Program-made: the position numbers and the translations under genes | Assembly (NCBI GenBank): GCA_965603825.1 | Contig: CBFDEM010000036.1 | Span: 372,001-436,000, forward strand | Length of the DNA stretch: 64,000 nucleotides | Direction: 5' to 3' | Source of the DNA: Blepharisma stoltei ATCC 30299 | Taxonomy: Eukaryota > Protista > Ciliophora | The notes under the pieces: generated by a model | Told to the model about the DNA's origin: nothing | Database searches by the model: none | What the model saw: the letters and a program-made list of their open reading frames with translations, nothing else | Part shown: positions 26,535-36,781 of the stretch, in pieces | How positions within the stretch are numbered: the first letter of the stretch is position 1 | How the letters are laid out: each line of letters starts with the position of its first letter

Positions 26535-28523
26535 ATGTCAGACAGTATCCTTCTTGAAGAAGAAATCGATGACGCTTATGAGCCAACTGAAGAAGAAGTA
26601 AGAGATTATGCACAATGGATAGGCATGAAACTACCCGAAGATGAGCAATTTCTTTATATTGCTAGAGAAGGAATTAAAGCACCGCTTCCAGAACCATGAA
26701 AGCCATGCCAAACAAAAGAAGGAGAAATTTACTTTTTCAACTTTGAGAGCGGAGAAAGCGTATGGGAGCACCCGTGTGACAAATATTATAAAGACTTATT
26801 TATAAAAGAAAAGGAAAAAGCTAACAGATCTTCAATTAAAAACAGCAATAAAGAGCCAAAACCAAAAAACTCAGGAAATTCAGGAAATAATAAGCCTATT
26901 AGTAAAAGTCCAGTAGGACTTGATAAACCGACAGACCCTTTACTAGCAATAACTCAATTAGAAAAAAACTTAAAAGAACAGAAAATATATCATAAAGAAA
27001 GATTTGAAAATGAGCTCCAAAATCAAATCAAAGATCTGCAAAAGCAGAAAGAACTTGAGATAAAGCATTGCAAAGACCAATTTGAAAGGGAGCTTAAAAA
27101 GAAAGTTGAACTATGGCAAAAAGAGCTAGCGGAAGCTGAAGAAAATGAGAGAAAGGAAATAGAAAAAAGGATTGAAAACAAACTCAGAGAAATTAAAGAA
27201 GAAAATGCTAAAATGGTAGAGGATGAAAAAGCAAAACAAAATAATAAAATCCAAACCGAGCTTGAAACTTTCAGGGAAGATGAAAAACGAAGACTGTCTG
27301 TAGAAATTGAAAATGCCAAAATTAAAATGGAGTCCGAAAAGAAAAAACTTATTAAGCAGATTGACGAACAAAAAGAGCTTCAAGAAAGATACAGAAAAAA
27401 ACTTGCAACCCTCCAAGAAGATTTAGAACAAGAGCTTAAAAGAGAAGAAAGAAGACTAAATGAAATTGCTCAAGAAAAGCTACTAGAGCTTAAAAAAGAG
27501 CATGAATATCAAATTTCTCGAGCTCAGCTGAGTGCGAGAAACAGGGGCAACCAAGAAAGTTTACAAGAAAAAATAAATGACATTAAATTAGAATACGAAG
27601 TCAAATTATCAAAGGAAAAGAAAAGCCTTCAATCTCAACATGACGAAGAAATCAAAAAGCTCAGAGAAATGGCTGAAAAAGAAGAAACTGGAAGCTTAGA
27701 TGAAGAGCTCTTTGAAATTGAAAGAATCAGAGTTCTTGATGATATAACAAAAAAATATGAAATTTTAAAAAGGGAAGAAATGCTTACTATTGATAAAGAA
27801 TTTTCCTCAAAATTGGATAGAGATAAAGAAAGGCTTGAATTGGAATATTCAGAAAAACGAAGAAAATTGCAATCAAAGCAGGTTTCTGTTAAAGACTATT
27901 CAGATCTTGAAGTGAAGATCCAAAAACTCCAGGCCGAGCTTGCTGATACCAAAAGCAGATTAATTTATAGAGATAACGAAATCTCATCAATCCAGGACGA
28001 AATCAGCCATTATAAAGATAGCATCGATAATGTCCGCAGTCAGATTGACAGGCAAGACGAATCACTTGCAGCAAATGCTAAAATCAATGACTTAAGAAGA
28101 GAGTTGAATATGAAAGAGCAGCAAGTAGACAAGCTAAAAGAAAACAGTCCTGAAAGAATCGAAAGGCTTGAAAGAGAGCTGCGAGAACTCAAAAGAATTG
28201 CTGACCCAAATTCACGGTTTATTTCAGATTTTGAAGAAAGACCTAAAATAATAAGCGCAAATCCACTATTAAATCCTCAAAATAGAGGCAGAGTTAGAGA
28301 TATTGAGCTTAGCGATGAAGACAAGCTGATGGATGAGTGAAGGGCTGATAAGGACGAAAGCTGGAATTTATCAAGAGATATCAGCCCTGTCTCAAGAGAC
28401 CCCAAACGTGATGATTCCTTTTTCAAAAATCCTCTCCGGTATGATCCGCCTTATAACGACCAATTTTCTCATAACAGCTGGCTTAATATGGGAAAGAGAA
28501 CTTCAGGCGCTTATATGTATTAA
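26535..28523 (+). CDS. CEP164: CEP164-like centriolar distal-appendage protein (N-terminal WW domain plus coiled coil)
   Basis: LEEE.D..YEPTEEE..., AREGIKAPLPEPW(TGA 26697-26699)KPCQ..GEIYFFNF..GES.WEHPCD; second TGA 28338-28340; TAA 28521-28523. Confidence 0.88.
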
Positions 28524-28549
28524 GCTAAATAATAGAATTTATATATTAT

Positions 28550-30142
28550 ATGAAAAAGAAAATTAAGAGAATTGGCACAGGCTTTGAAGATGATAAAGAA
28601 ACCACACTGACGGGAAGAGGCCTTTACCCTTGGGAACAAAAAGTAGCTGATGAGAGAACTGGGAAAAGGAAATTTCATGGAGCTTTTACAGGGGGATTTT
28701 CTGCTGGCTATAACAATACTTGTGGAAGCGAATTTGGATTTCAGCCAGCTCAGTTTGTATCTAGTCGAAAAAATAGGAATCAAGTGAAGCAGCAGGTCAC
28801 TGATTTTATGGATGAGGAAGATTTAGGAGAATTTGATTTGGGGAAAACATTGGAAGCGCAAGAAAAGGAAGCCAATTTAGAAGGTGATAAAGGAGAAGCG
28901 AAAAATGAAGGGATCGGGAATAAACTGTATAGTATGATGAAAAAAGTCGAAGAGCCTGATGCCAAAAGAAAATGCTATGGGCCGACATTACCTCCTGAGC
29001 AAATGACTGAGGTCGATTTTCAGCAAGAAAATCCAAAGCTCGATTGGTTTGGACTTGGATTTGACTCCAGCAAGCTTCAATTGGAAGAAAACCTACATGA
29101 ATCAAAGAATCCAAAAAATAGAGGCAGCGATAAAGTAAAAAGCCTATTTAAAGTCTCCAACGACATCTATGAGGAAAATGATTGTAAATTTTATATAGAC
29201 TCCTTTTTCGAGCCTGACTATGAAATATCGGTTAAGGAAAAAAAAGAAAGCAATAAAAATCAAAAATTAAAAGGAGAAGTACCTGGATTTATACTATCCA
29301 CAACTTTAAAACCTTCTAAGATGTATTTTTCATTTAGATTCAAGCCTCCAGAACTCCCTCATAATTATAACCCAATTAGGTTCCTTTTAAATTTCCATTC
29401 TTATAGAACCATTCCTGCTCAAAAATTGGACCCAGAAAAGAGAGAGTCAATTATTGAAGAACAAAAGAAAAAAGAGCCTTTATTCGCGAATAGGCTTAGC
29501 GAATCCGACCGTGAAAAAATAAAAAGCTTCAAGAGCTTTGTCAAAAGTTCAGATTTAACAGAAAGGTCTGCACGCATAAATAAGCAGGATCTTCCATTTA
29601 AAGATGATAAAGTGAAGCATGATCGATATTATGCATTTATATGCAATATGGAAGGACTAGAAGTTGGAGGAATTGCTCCAGCCAGATTGATGACTGCATC
29701 TCAAATAAGACAAGAAAAAGAAGAGTTCTTAAAGCTATATGAGCAATGGAAAAAACAGCAAGAAAGTAAAAAGACTGAAAATGAGCCAAAAAAGAATATC
29801 CCAAGGTGGAGCGACAGAACTATTGAGCCGTGAAAACCTGAAAGAGTTCTTTGCGAGCTGTTTTGTGTGCTAGAGCCTCAAGTGGCAGTCATTGAAAGTA
29901 GGCCAGTAAATACTTTTAGAGAAAAAGTGATGCCAACTGTGAATAGCTCGGAAGCCCAGGAAAAAAGTGATACACCTTTGTTATTTAGAGGAAACGAAAA
30001 ATATAGTGATCTATTTAAGTCAATTTTCGAAGAAAACGAAGAAACTGATACAAATAAAGTTGATAACGAAATAAATGAAATAGGACTACAAACAAAACGA
30101 TCAAAGAATCGTGAAGAGATTGATAGTAATTTGAGCAATTAA
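28550..30142 (+). CDS. GPATCH1: GPATCH1/TOUGH-like splicing factor (DUF1604)
   Basis: GKRKFHGAFTGGFSAGYNNTCGS, DFMDEED; TGA 29831-29833 in RT..W.P..LC; two candidate in-frame 15-nt introns. Confidence 0.85.
29184..29198 (+). other. Candidate in-frame 15-nt intron GTAAATTTTATATAG
   Basis: GTA...A(-6)...TAG; contains no stop, so not required by the ORF. Confidence 0.65.
29323..29337 (+). other. Candidate in-frame 15-nt intron GTATTTTTCATTTAG
   Basis: Matches consensus; removal gives KIFKPPELP, resembling the GPATCH1 KIY.PPELP segment. Confidence 0.7.
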
Positions 30143-30281
30143 ATTTAATTTGTGTATTCTTACGCTTTTAAATAGAAAGCCATTATTAGAATTAAAGATA
30201 AGTGATAAAGCTAATGCGAAACTATAAACTAGTCTAACTTTGCTTATAATTTATACGAACTTATGTATTATCAATCATTTA

Positions 30282-30911
30282 TTATCTCTGATTACTTGCC
30301 TCTCGCAATTTTCGAGCTTGCTCTTCAACAAACCCAGGATGAGCTCTTGAAACATGACCGCCTAATGCTTGCCCTGATTTAAACTCTTTCTTGCAGCATT
30401 TACACAAAAACGTATGCTGAATGTCGTCATCTGGCAAATCCGGCAATTCTGATGGCAAATACATAACTGGTATATGAGACAAAGAGCAAGGCTGATATCT
30501 TGCAGATAAGATTTTATCATCTGGATTTCCATAAGCTGGCAGCGCACTAATATAAGCAAGAGATACAGGAGTGTCAGTGTCGCATTGGGTTGCAATTTCA
30601 TTTCGATTTTTCATTTGAGCCATTTCCCGCTTGATGCCTTCAGGTATCCTGTCATAGAAGTAGATATCGTTGACTGGACTTTTTTCCAGGACGAATCCTA
30701 TATCTTCTTCATCACTCTGAAAATCTTCAGCATAGAGTGCTTCATGGGCCATGCAGCAAAAGCGAGGACTGCTATCTTTATTTATATCTTTTTCAATTGA
30801 GACATAGTGCTCAAACTTGAGTTCTTGGTTCTCTACAGACTCCTCTTCTTGTGAAGTTGTTTGCTCAGGATTGTTCATCATCAATGTATCTTTTATAAGA
30901 TTTACTCGCAA
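30282..30911 (-). CDS. Single C2H2 zinc-finger protein with QALGGH motif
   Basis: CKCCKKEFKSGQALGGHVSRAH; the start could instead be ATG 30881 or 30878. Confidence 0.8.
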   Translation of the reverse strand: MRVNLIKDTLMMNNPEQTTSQEEESVENQELKFEHYVSIEKDINKDSSPRFCCMAHEALYAEDFQSDEEDIGFVLEKSPVNDIYFYDRIPEGIKREMAQMKNRNEIATQCDTDTPVSLAYISALPAYGNPDDKILSARYQPCSLSHIPVMYLPSELPDLPDDDIQHTFLCKCCKKEFKSGQALGGHVSRAHPGFVEEQARKLREASNQR

Positions 30912-30950
30912 TAAACTATGGAAATATGTTTTTTAAATGCCAAAATAAAT

Positions 30951-32363
30951 ATGAATCGAGACTTCATTGAGAAGCTTGTAGAAGTTCCACAAGTTAATTA
31001 CTTTTTTGAAAGCTATAGACAAGAAGATTGGCCAGAACTAATTTTAGATTTAACGTTATATAGCATTTATGCGCTGAGATCACAACATCAAAGTCCACCT
31101 CCTATCAGCTACCTTCAAGATATAGTAAGAAAGGCAGGGATGATTATTTCACTTGAGCAAGCATTCCCAAATTTCCAAAAAAAGTTGAGCCAAATAAAAG
31201 AGGACATCATAAGGGTAGAGTGCGAACTGCAATCAAAAAAAGATGAAGAGAGAAAAGAAAACTTAGAGCTAAAGACAAAAATGAGATGGTCTTCGATGCC
31301 GTCAAAAAACCATTTGAATAAAACTTTGGGCTGAAGGGAAGAGGAAACTAAAAGAATTGTAGAAAGTATTGCTGAGAATAAACCATCTGCAGCAAAAAAT
31401 ATCTTTAAAGATGCCCCATCTCCTAAATCAAGAAATCATAGAGAGGAAGAAGGCGTCAAAGAAAATTATGATTATGGAAAATCAAATCGGAATGAAATAG
31501 GGAAAAATATATATCCTTTTTGGTGACCTAAGCAAACTTCAGTGGATGAGGAAAATAAAGAAACAACTGCCAATATTGCTAAAAAAAAGACTTCTCATTT
31601 TAAAAAGTCTAAAAAATCGAAATTTACAGAGACCAACAATTATGAAAGGAAAAATTCTTCTACAATCTTAAAGCAAAAAAGCTGTAAAAAAGCATCTAGA
31701 AACCAAATTAATAAAGGCATGACTCTCAATAAAAAAATAATTCAGTATTCAGATAAATCTAACGAAGCTCACTTAATATCTTCTAAAAGCTCAATTCAAG
31801 AGAGCCATACCCGTTTTAACTCAAAATCTCAAAAAAATCCAAAACAAGTTGGCCTACAAAGGCAAACTGCTTGAGTACAGGATTTTTCTAATGTTATAAA
31901 GCGAAGCCCTTCAGAATCGATATGTAGCTCTCGATCTCCATCAGAATCAAGCCAGAATTCTTCATCATACCGCGAGAGCCCCCACTTCTTTAGTCCAACA
32001 GAAGCTCCTAACCCAATGTATTTGCAGAATTCTCAAGATTTAAAATCATTTTCTGACAATTCAAGCAGTGTTTTGAGTGAATACACCCCTACCTCTGAGA
32101 TGCAAAATTTTTTTCAAAATTCTGAGAATGCAAGCAGTGCTTTAACTGATTACACCCCTACCTCCGAGATGAAAAGTTTTTACCGAAATCTATTTTCAAA
32201 GACCTTTGAATCAAAAGGAACAGAATCAAGGGAAAGCAGATTCAAAACTGAGAACTCATTTTACTCCTCAAATCCTAGTGAAGAAGCAGGCAGTTTAAGA
32301 TATGAAAGAAAAGATTCAAGTTTTAATTCTTCCAGTAAGACTAGACCTATGCGCAGGGGCTAA
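30951..32363 (+). CDS. Hypothetical protein (IYPFWW motif, Ser-rich C-terminus with duplicated YTPTSEM repeat)
   Basis: Three ORFs in one frame joined by TGA at 31332, 31524, 31872; TAA 32361-32363. Confidence 0.7.
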
Positions 32364-32416
32364 TTCACAAAGATTTTTATTCTCTTAATGATAAATCAAA
32401 ATACTATTAATTTGTT

Positions 32417-33370
32417 TTATATATTCCTTATTTTGATTTCTAAATTACCAAATGATTCCTCAATTTCTTGCTTAAATGCTTCCCACTCTCCCCTTAGCTC
32501 TTCGTTATTAACTTCATTCAATTTTTCCTGGATCCTGCTTTGTCTATCCCTGATTTCCTGAATTCTTTCATTAAATCTTGACCCTTCGTCATGAACTCTT
32601 TTGATATACTCCAATCTCTCCAAAACTTCAGGAACAATAGGCATGACTTGGTCGCAAACATCAACAAATGGATAAATATCATCAATCACCTTCTGCTCAA
32701 CCCCAGCACTCTGCATTAACTCCAGCTGGTTTCTCACCATATCAAGTTCTGCATTCAATTCTTCAGCTTGTGAGCTCAACTGCTCAAGTTTTTTAGGGTT
32801 CAGCATAGAAATTCGCTTTTTAATTAAAGCAAGAGCTTGGATTATGCTGTAGTAGCCGTTGCTCGCACTTCAATGGCCGATAGTTTCTTCTAATTTGGAG
32901 ATTCTAGCTGAAATGCTAGCTAGGGTTGCAATTTCTCGATCTTGGGCTTCAATTGTAGACTGAGGAATTGGAGCAGTGAGCTGATAAGTGGCTTGCTCCT
33001 CATCTGTTAGAAGTTTTATCATTGATTTGCCAAGCTTGCTAGACAGATTTCCTTCAATTCCTATATCGCCTTCAATATGAATCCCTTGCCCTCTAATTAA
33101 AGATTCTGCATGGCTTGTCATTGATGCAAGCTCTGAAATATAAGAATAAGGAGTTTCATGGCGCTCAGGCTCAATTTCAGCATCAAGTTTTTTGTCTATT
33201 TCAATGATTTCTTGTCGCAGTAAAGCAATTCGTTCTTTTAAAGGCAGCTGAGTCCTCCCATGAGTTAGTGGGATATAATAAAGAGGCTCTTGAGGGTTAT
33301 CAATCTGCATATCATCGTCCCAATTAGGATTTTGTCCATCTGATTCTAAGACAACTATATTTTCGGTCAT
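32417..33370 (-). CDS. DCTN2: Dynactin subunit 2 (dynamitin/p50)-like
   Basis: RI..LE..IG(TGA 32870-32872)...LNP..LE..., VPEVLERLEYIKRVHDEG..F motif; coiled coil. Confidence 0.65.
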
Positions 33371-33478
33371 TATTAAATAATTATCCAAATAGAGATTTAA
33401 ATCAATAAGTAGTTTTATCACAGCTTCATATAATTTTCATTACTTATTATATATTACACAAAGCAAAATAAGTGCAAT

Positions 33479-33898
33479 ATGAAGTTAAAATTTTTCAAAG
33501 CTCCCAAGCAGTGAACTAAAGTTGATAGGTTTGTGTGAACTTATGCAGGCTTATTTGAGCACAAAGATTCAAAAAAGTTGCTTCGCTCCAACAATATTGG
33601 AAGACTAATTGCATCGATCTTATCTCACCCTGTCTCATTATTCGCATCTTTTTGATTGCCCTTTAATATTACGCTATTTGGAATGGATGCCTGGCCGTTT
33701 ATATGGAAAGTCCCAATTATAGCATCATCTTACTTAATTCTAAATGAAAGCGCAACATTCATTTACTTTTATTCTCAATACAGGGTTAAGAAAAAGATGT
33801 ATGATAAATATTATCCGGCTATGGATTTAACCAAAGAACAAGTTGAGCAGCTAGAAGAAGAGGAAGAAAAATTAAAATTAGAAGACAAATCAAAATAA
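33479..33898 (+). CDS. Small hypothetical membrane protein (139 aa)
   Basis: ATG 33479 in frame with ORF 33656-33898 through three TGA codons; hydrophobic central segments. Confidence 0.65.
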
Positions 33899-33945
33899 AC
33901 TAAGCATTTATCTATCATATATTTTCTATTTTAAGATTAAAATTA

Positions 33946-34626
33946 CTATTGACCTGGAGAAGTATTAGGGAGGCTATGGATATCTTCTTTATGATTGTTG
34001 TTCTTTCTGTGAAGAGAATTTTCTTCACTAGCGTTTAAATCAGCTTTTTCAGCAATATTAATGCCAATTTCCCTTTGAGAAAATATATTTTCTAGTTTTA
34101 TGTCATCTTCTTCATTTTTTTGAAACTCTGGGTCAGAGTTAATTCATTTTAGTTTCATCATCTCTTTTTCAAACTTATGTGTGTCCATTTTTCGGATCCT
34201 TCTGAACACGTTTTTCAGCTTCTTGTCTTTCTCGACTTTTTCTTGGGCTCGAAAGACTGTTTTTACCTTGCTTTTGATTCTGTCGGGCATGCACCTGTTT
34301 TTTAAAATCAGTTTATCTTTTTGGCTTAAGAGATCATACTGAATTAGAGACACTTTATCATCATTAAAACTTCGGATTCCAATGTCTTGCATTCATGGAG
34401 GCAAAGGCTCTTCTTTTACAAGCTTTACTATGTTTGGCTTTTTGATTGCTAATTTGGCACCAGTTTTTGGTTCAAGATATCTTTCACTTTTTGCAATAGG
34501 AGGCAGGCGAGTTGAATGTGGAGCGTATGCGGAAATAATCATTTCCAGTCTTTGTTGGTTTTTGAGAAATGATTTTTTTGGAGTGCTTAGAGAGAGGTTG
34601 CTTTTTTTAGTATCTATTTTGTCCAT
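33946..34626 (-). CDS. Hypothetical basic protein
   Basis: ORFs 34393-34626 and 34144-34392 abut through TGA; frame continues to TAG 33946-33948. Confidence 0.7.
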
Positions 34627-34803
34627 GATTTATCTTGAAAATAAATTTATTCAATAAATCTGATAAATCATATAAAATAAGCGTTTTATACAAATAAGCT
34701 TTTATAATGAAATTTATGCTTATAATGTCCAGAATCTAAAAGCATTAATAATAGAATTTTATTATTTTATCATTTATGAAAAGCATTTTTTTACGAAATA
34801 ATT

Positions 34804-35568
34804 ATGAGAAGTGTTAACTTAACTCCTTCTTCTTTGTGGGACCGTGAGCAAGCATTTATAAGTCACAAAAAAAGACTTAATCACATAAAGTCGCATCGCT
34901 CAACAAGACTAGGCAATTCGCCCTCAGCAACGAAGAACTTAATCCCTCCGATTCAGCGTGCACATATTTTCATAGAGTTAGAGCACTCCAAAGCAATCCA
35001 AAAGGACAACGAGGAGCTCTTACAAAGGCTCAGCATCATTTCCACAAGGAAATCTGTACATTCTATTTAGGTGTTCTCTGCAAACGGTGAAAAGTTATCG
35101 CCTCAAAGGAGTCTTAATTTCACTTCAAGGAAAAAAGAAGCTGAGAGAATTTTGTATGAAAACTTTGCGTTTCTAAAAAGAATCACAGAAAAACCATCAA
35201 GTGTTAATATAAAAAAATTTGATGATGATTATGAACAGTCAAGGAAATACAAGCAAACAATATCAAGAGTTCACCATATTGAAAGAACTGCAAGTTTGGG
35301 AAAAACCTGCAAACTCCCACCAATTAATGAAGAATTCGGTTCAAAAGCTAAGACTCAAGAGAAATTTAATTCAAAAAAGAAAAGCCTTTCAATGAATGAA
35401 AAAGAACTAAGAGAATTAGCAGGGAAATTCAAAACTTTTGATGCAACTACAACAGTTAAAAGCGAAGAAGGCTTGAATAATAACGCTACTAACGATGGTA
35501 ATAAGCAGAAAATGAATAGTAAAGAAGTTATAACAAAAGATGATATTGATAGTCTAGCAAAGAATTAA
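34804..35568 (+). CDS. CFAP97/KIAA1430 (Hemingway)-domain ciliary protein
   Basis: I..DN..LL.RL..I and SLN...RKKE.ERI..EN...LKRI motifs; joined by intron 35056-35070. Confidence 0.75.
35056..35070 (+). other. 15-nt intron GTACATTCTATTTAG
   Basis: Removes the in-frame TAG separating two halves of the CFAP97-like domain. Confidence 0.9.
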
Positions 35569-35681
35569 AGAGAATGAAAAATACAATTTTAAATAGCGAA
35601 TATAATTATTTTTAAACAAATTTCTTACTACAAAATTGCCTGCTTAAGATTTCTCATTGTTGATATTCTTAATAAATAAAT

Positions 35682-36047
35682 ATGCCACCAAGAGGCAAGC
35701 AGCAAGAATTTCAAATAACTGTCAGAAACCAAGATCACTTATACGAACTCATATCAGGCAAAAAACTCACCATCGTCGATCTCTTTCTTGCTTGGTGTGG
35801 ACCATGCGAACTACTATCTTCATCTTTCAGATCTATTGCAATGAAAATTGATGAATGGGACTCTCGTCTTCAATTTCTTTTAGCAGAAACTGATAAGGTC
35901 CCAGACTTCGCCAGCCATCAATCATCGTGCAAGCCAAGATTTTTATTTTTCTTGGGCTCGAAATTGATAGGTGAGGTTGATGGAGCTGATGTGCCAAAAA
36001 TTCAGCAAATGATAAACAGACACCTTCCACCTCTAGAAGCTGATTAA
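35682..36047 (+). CDS. Thioredoxin-like protein (NME8/9 or outer-arm dynein thioredoxin light-chain type)
   Basis: WCGPC active site, SC.P.FLF motif. Confidence 0.82.
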   Translation: MPPRGKQQEFQITVRNQDHLYELISGKKLTIVDLFLAWCGPCELLSSSFRSIAMKIDEWDSRLQFLLAETDKVPDFASHQSSCKPRFLFFLGSKLIGEVDGADVPKIQQMINRHLPPLEAD

Positions 36048-36135
36048 CTTATTTATTATTAATTACTTATATGCTCTCTTTAAATGAACAATGATTCTCA
36101 AAATTGATGAATATTTAAAGTAAACTAATTTTAAA

Positions 36136-36765
36136 ATGATGATAATCCTTTTACTAGTTTATCTTGCAGAAAGCACTTGCCCAGCAATTATGTGCAACTC
36201 ACTTGAAACTGGAGCTGTAGCTCTGGACAGTGATGGATCTGTCTATGTAAATTTTTACGGCTGCCCAGTAGGAACGTATGGATCAGTGGAGTCTTTGATG
36301 TCATGATTCAAAAACAATGGTACAGTTTTATTTTGCCACACTCTTGATACGCCATCATTAGATTCTTCTGAATCTATTGACTGTCTTACATTCCCTGGAG
36401 AGGAGCTTTTGGCTGATACTGTGTATCCAAAAAGATGCAACTCTTCAACTGATTGCTTATTAAAAGATGGAGGTTATGTAGACTGCTTATGCGGACTAGA
36501 TGGATATTCCTATTGTATGCCTGGCTGGGGAGCTGATGTTTTTGATGGATATTGGGAGTATTGTGATAAACATCATAACAAAACGCCACAGACATATTGA
36601 CAGTACTATAAGGATTTACACACTTATTACAACTACTGGATAATGGCTCCAAGTTGCGCCCAAACAACTTTTATTGAATTTGTTACTCTGCAAGCAGGCT
36701 TGCCGAATTCTGGATTATACATTATCATTAGTTATGGGATACTAATTACAAGTCTGCTATCTTAA
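36136..36765 (+). CDS. Secreted Cys-rich surface protein, probably GPI- or tail-anchored
   Basis: N-terminal hydrophobic leader MMIILLLVYLAES, many Cys, hydrophobic C-terminus; TGA=W at 36304-36306 and 36598-36600. Confidence 0.72.
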
Positions 36766-36781
36766 AATGTAAGTCATAAAG

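Noticed and set aside
29380-29406. Possible 27-nt in-frame GT-AG intron in GPATCH1
   Set aside because: Lacks the GTA start and the A at -6 shared by all other introns here, and is not needed for the ORF
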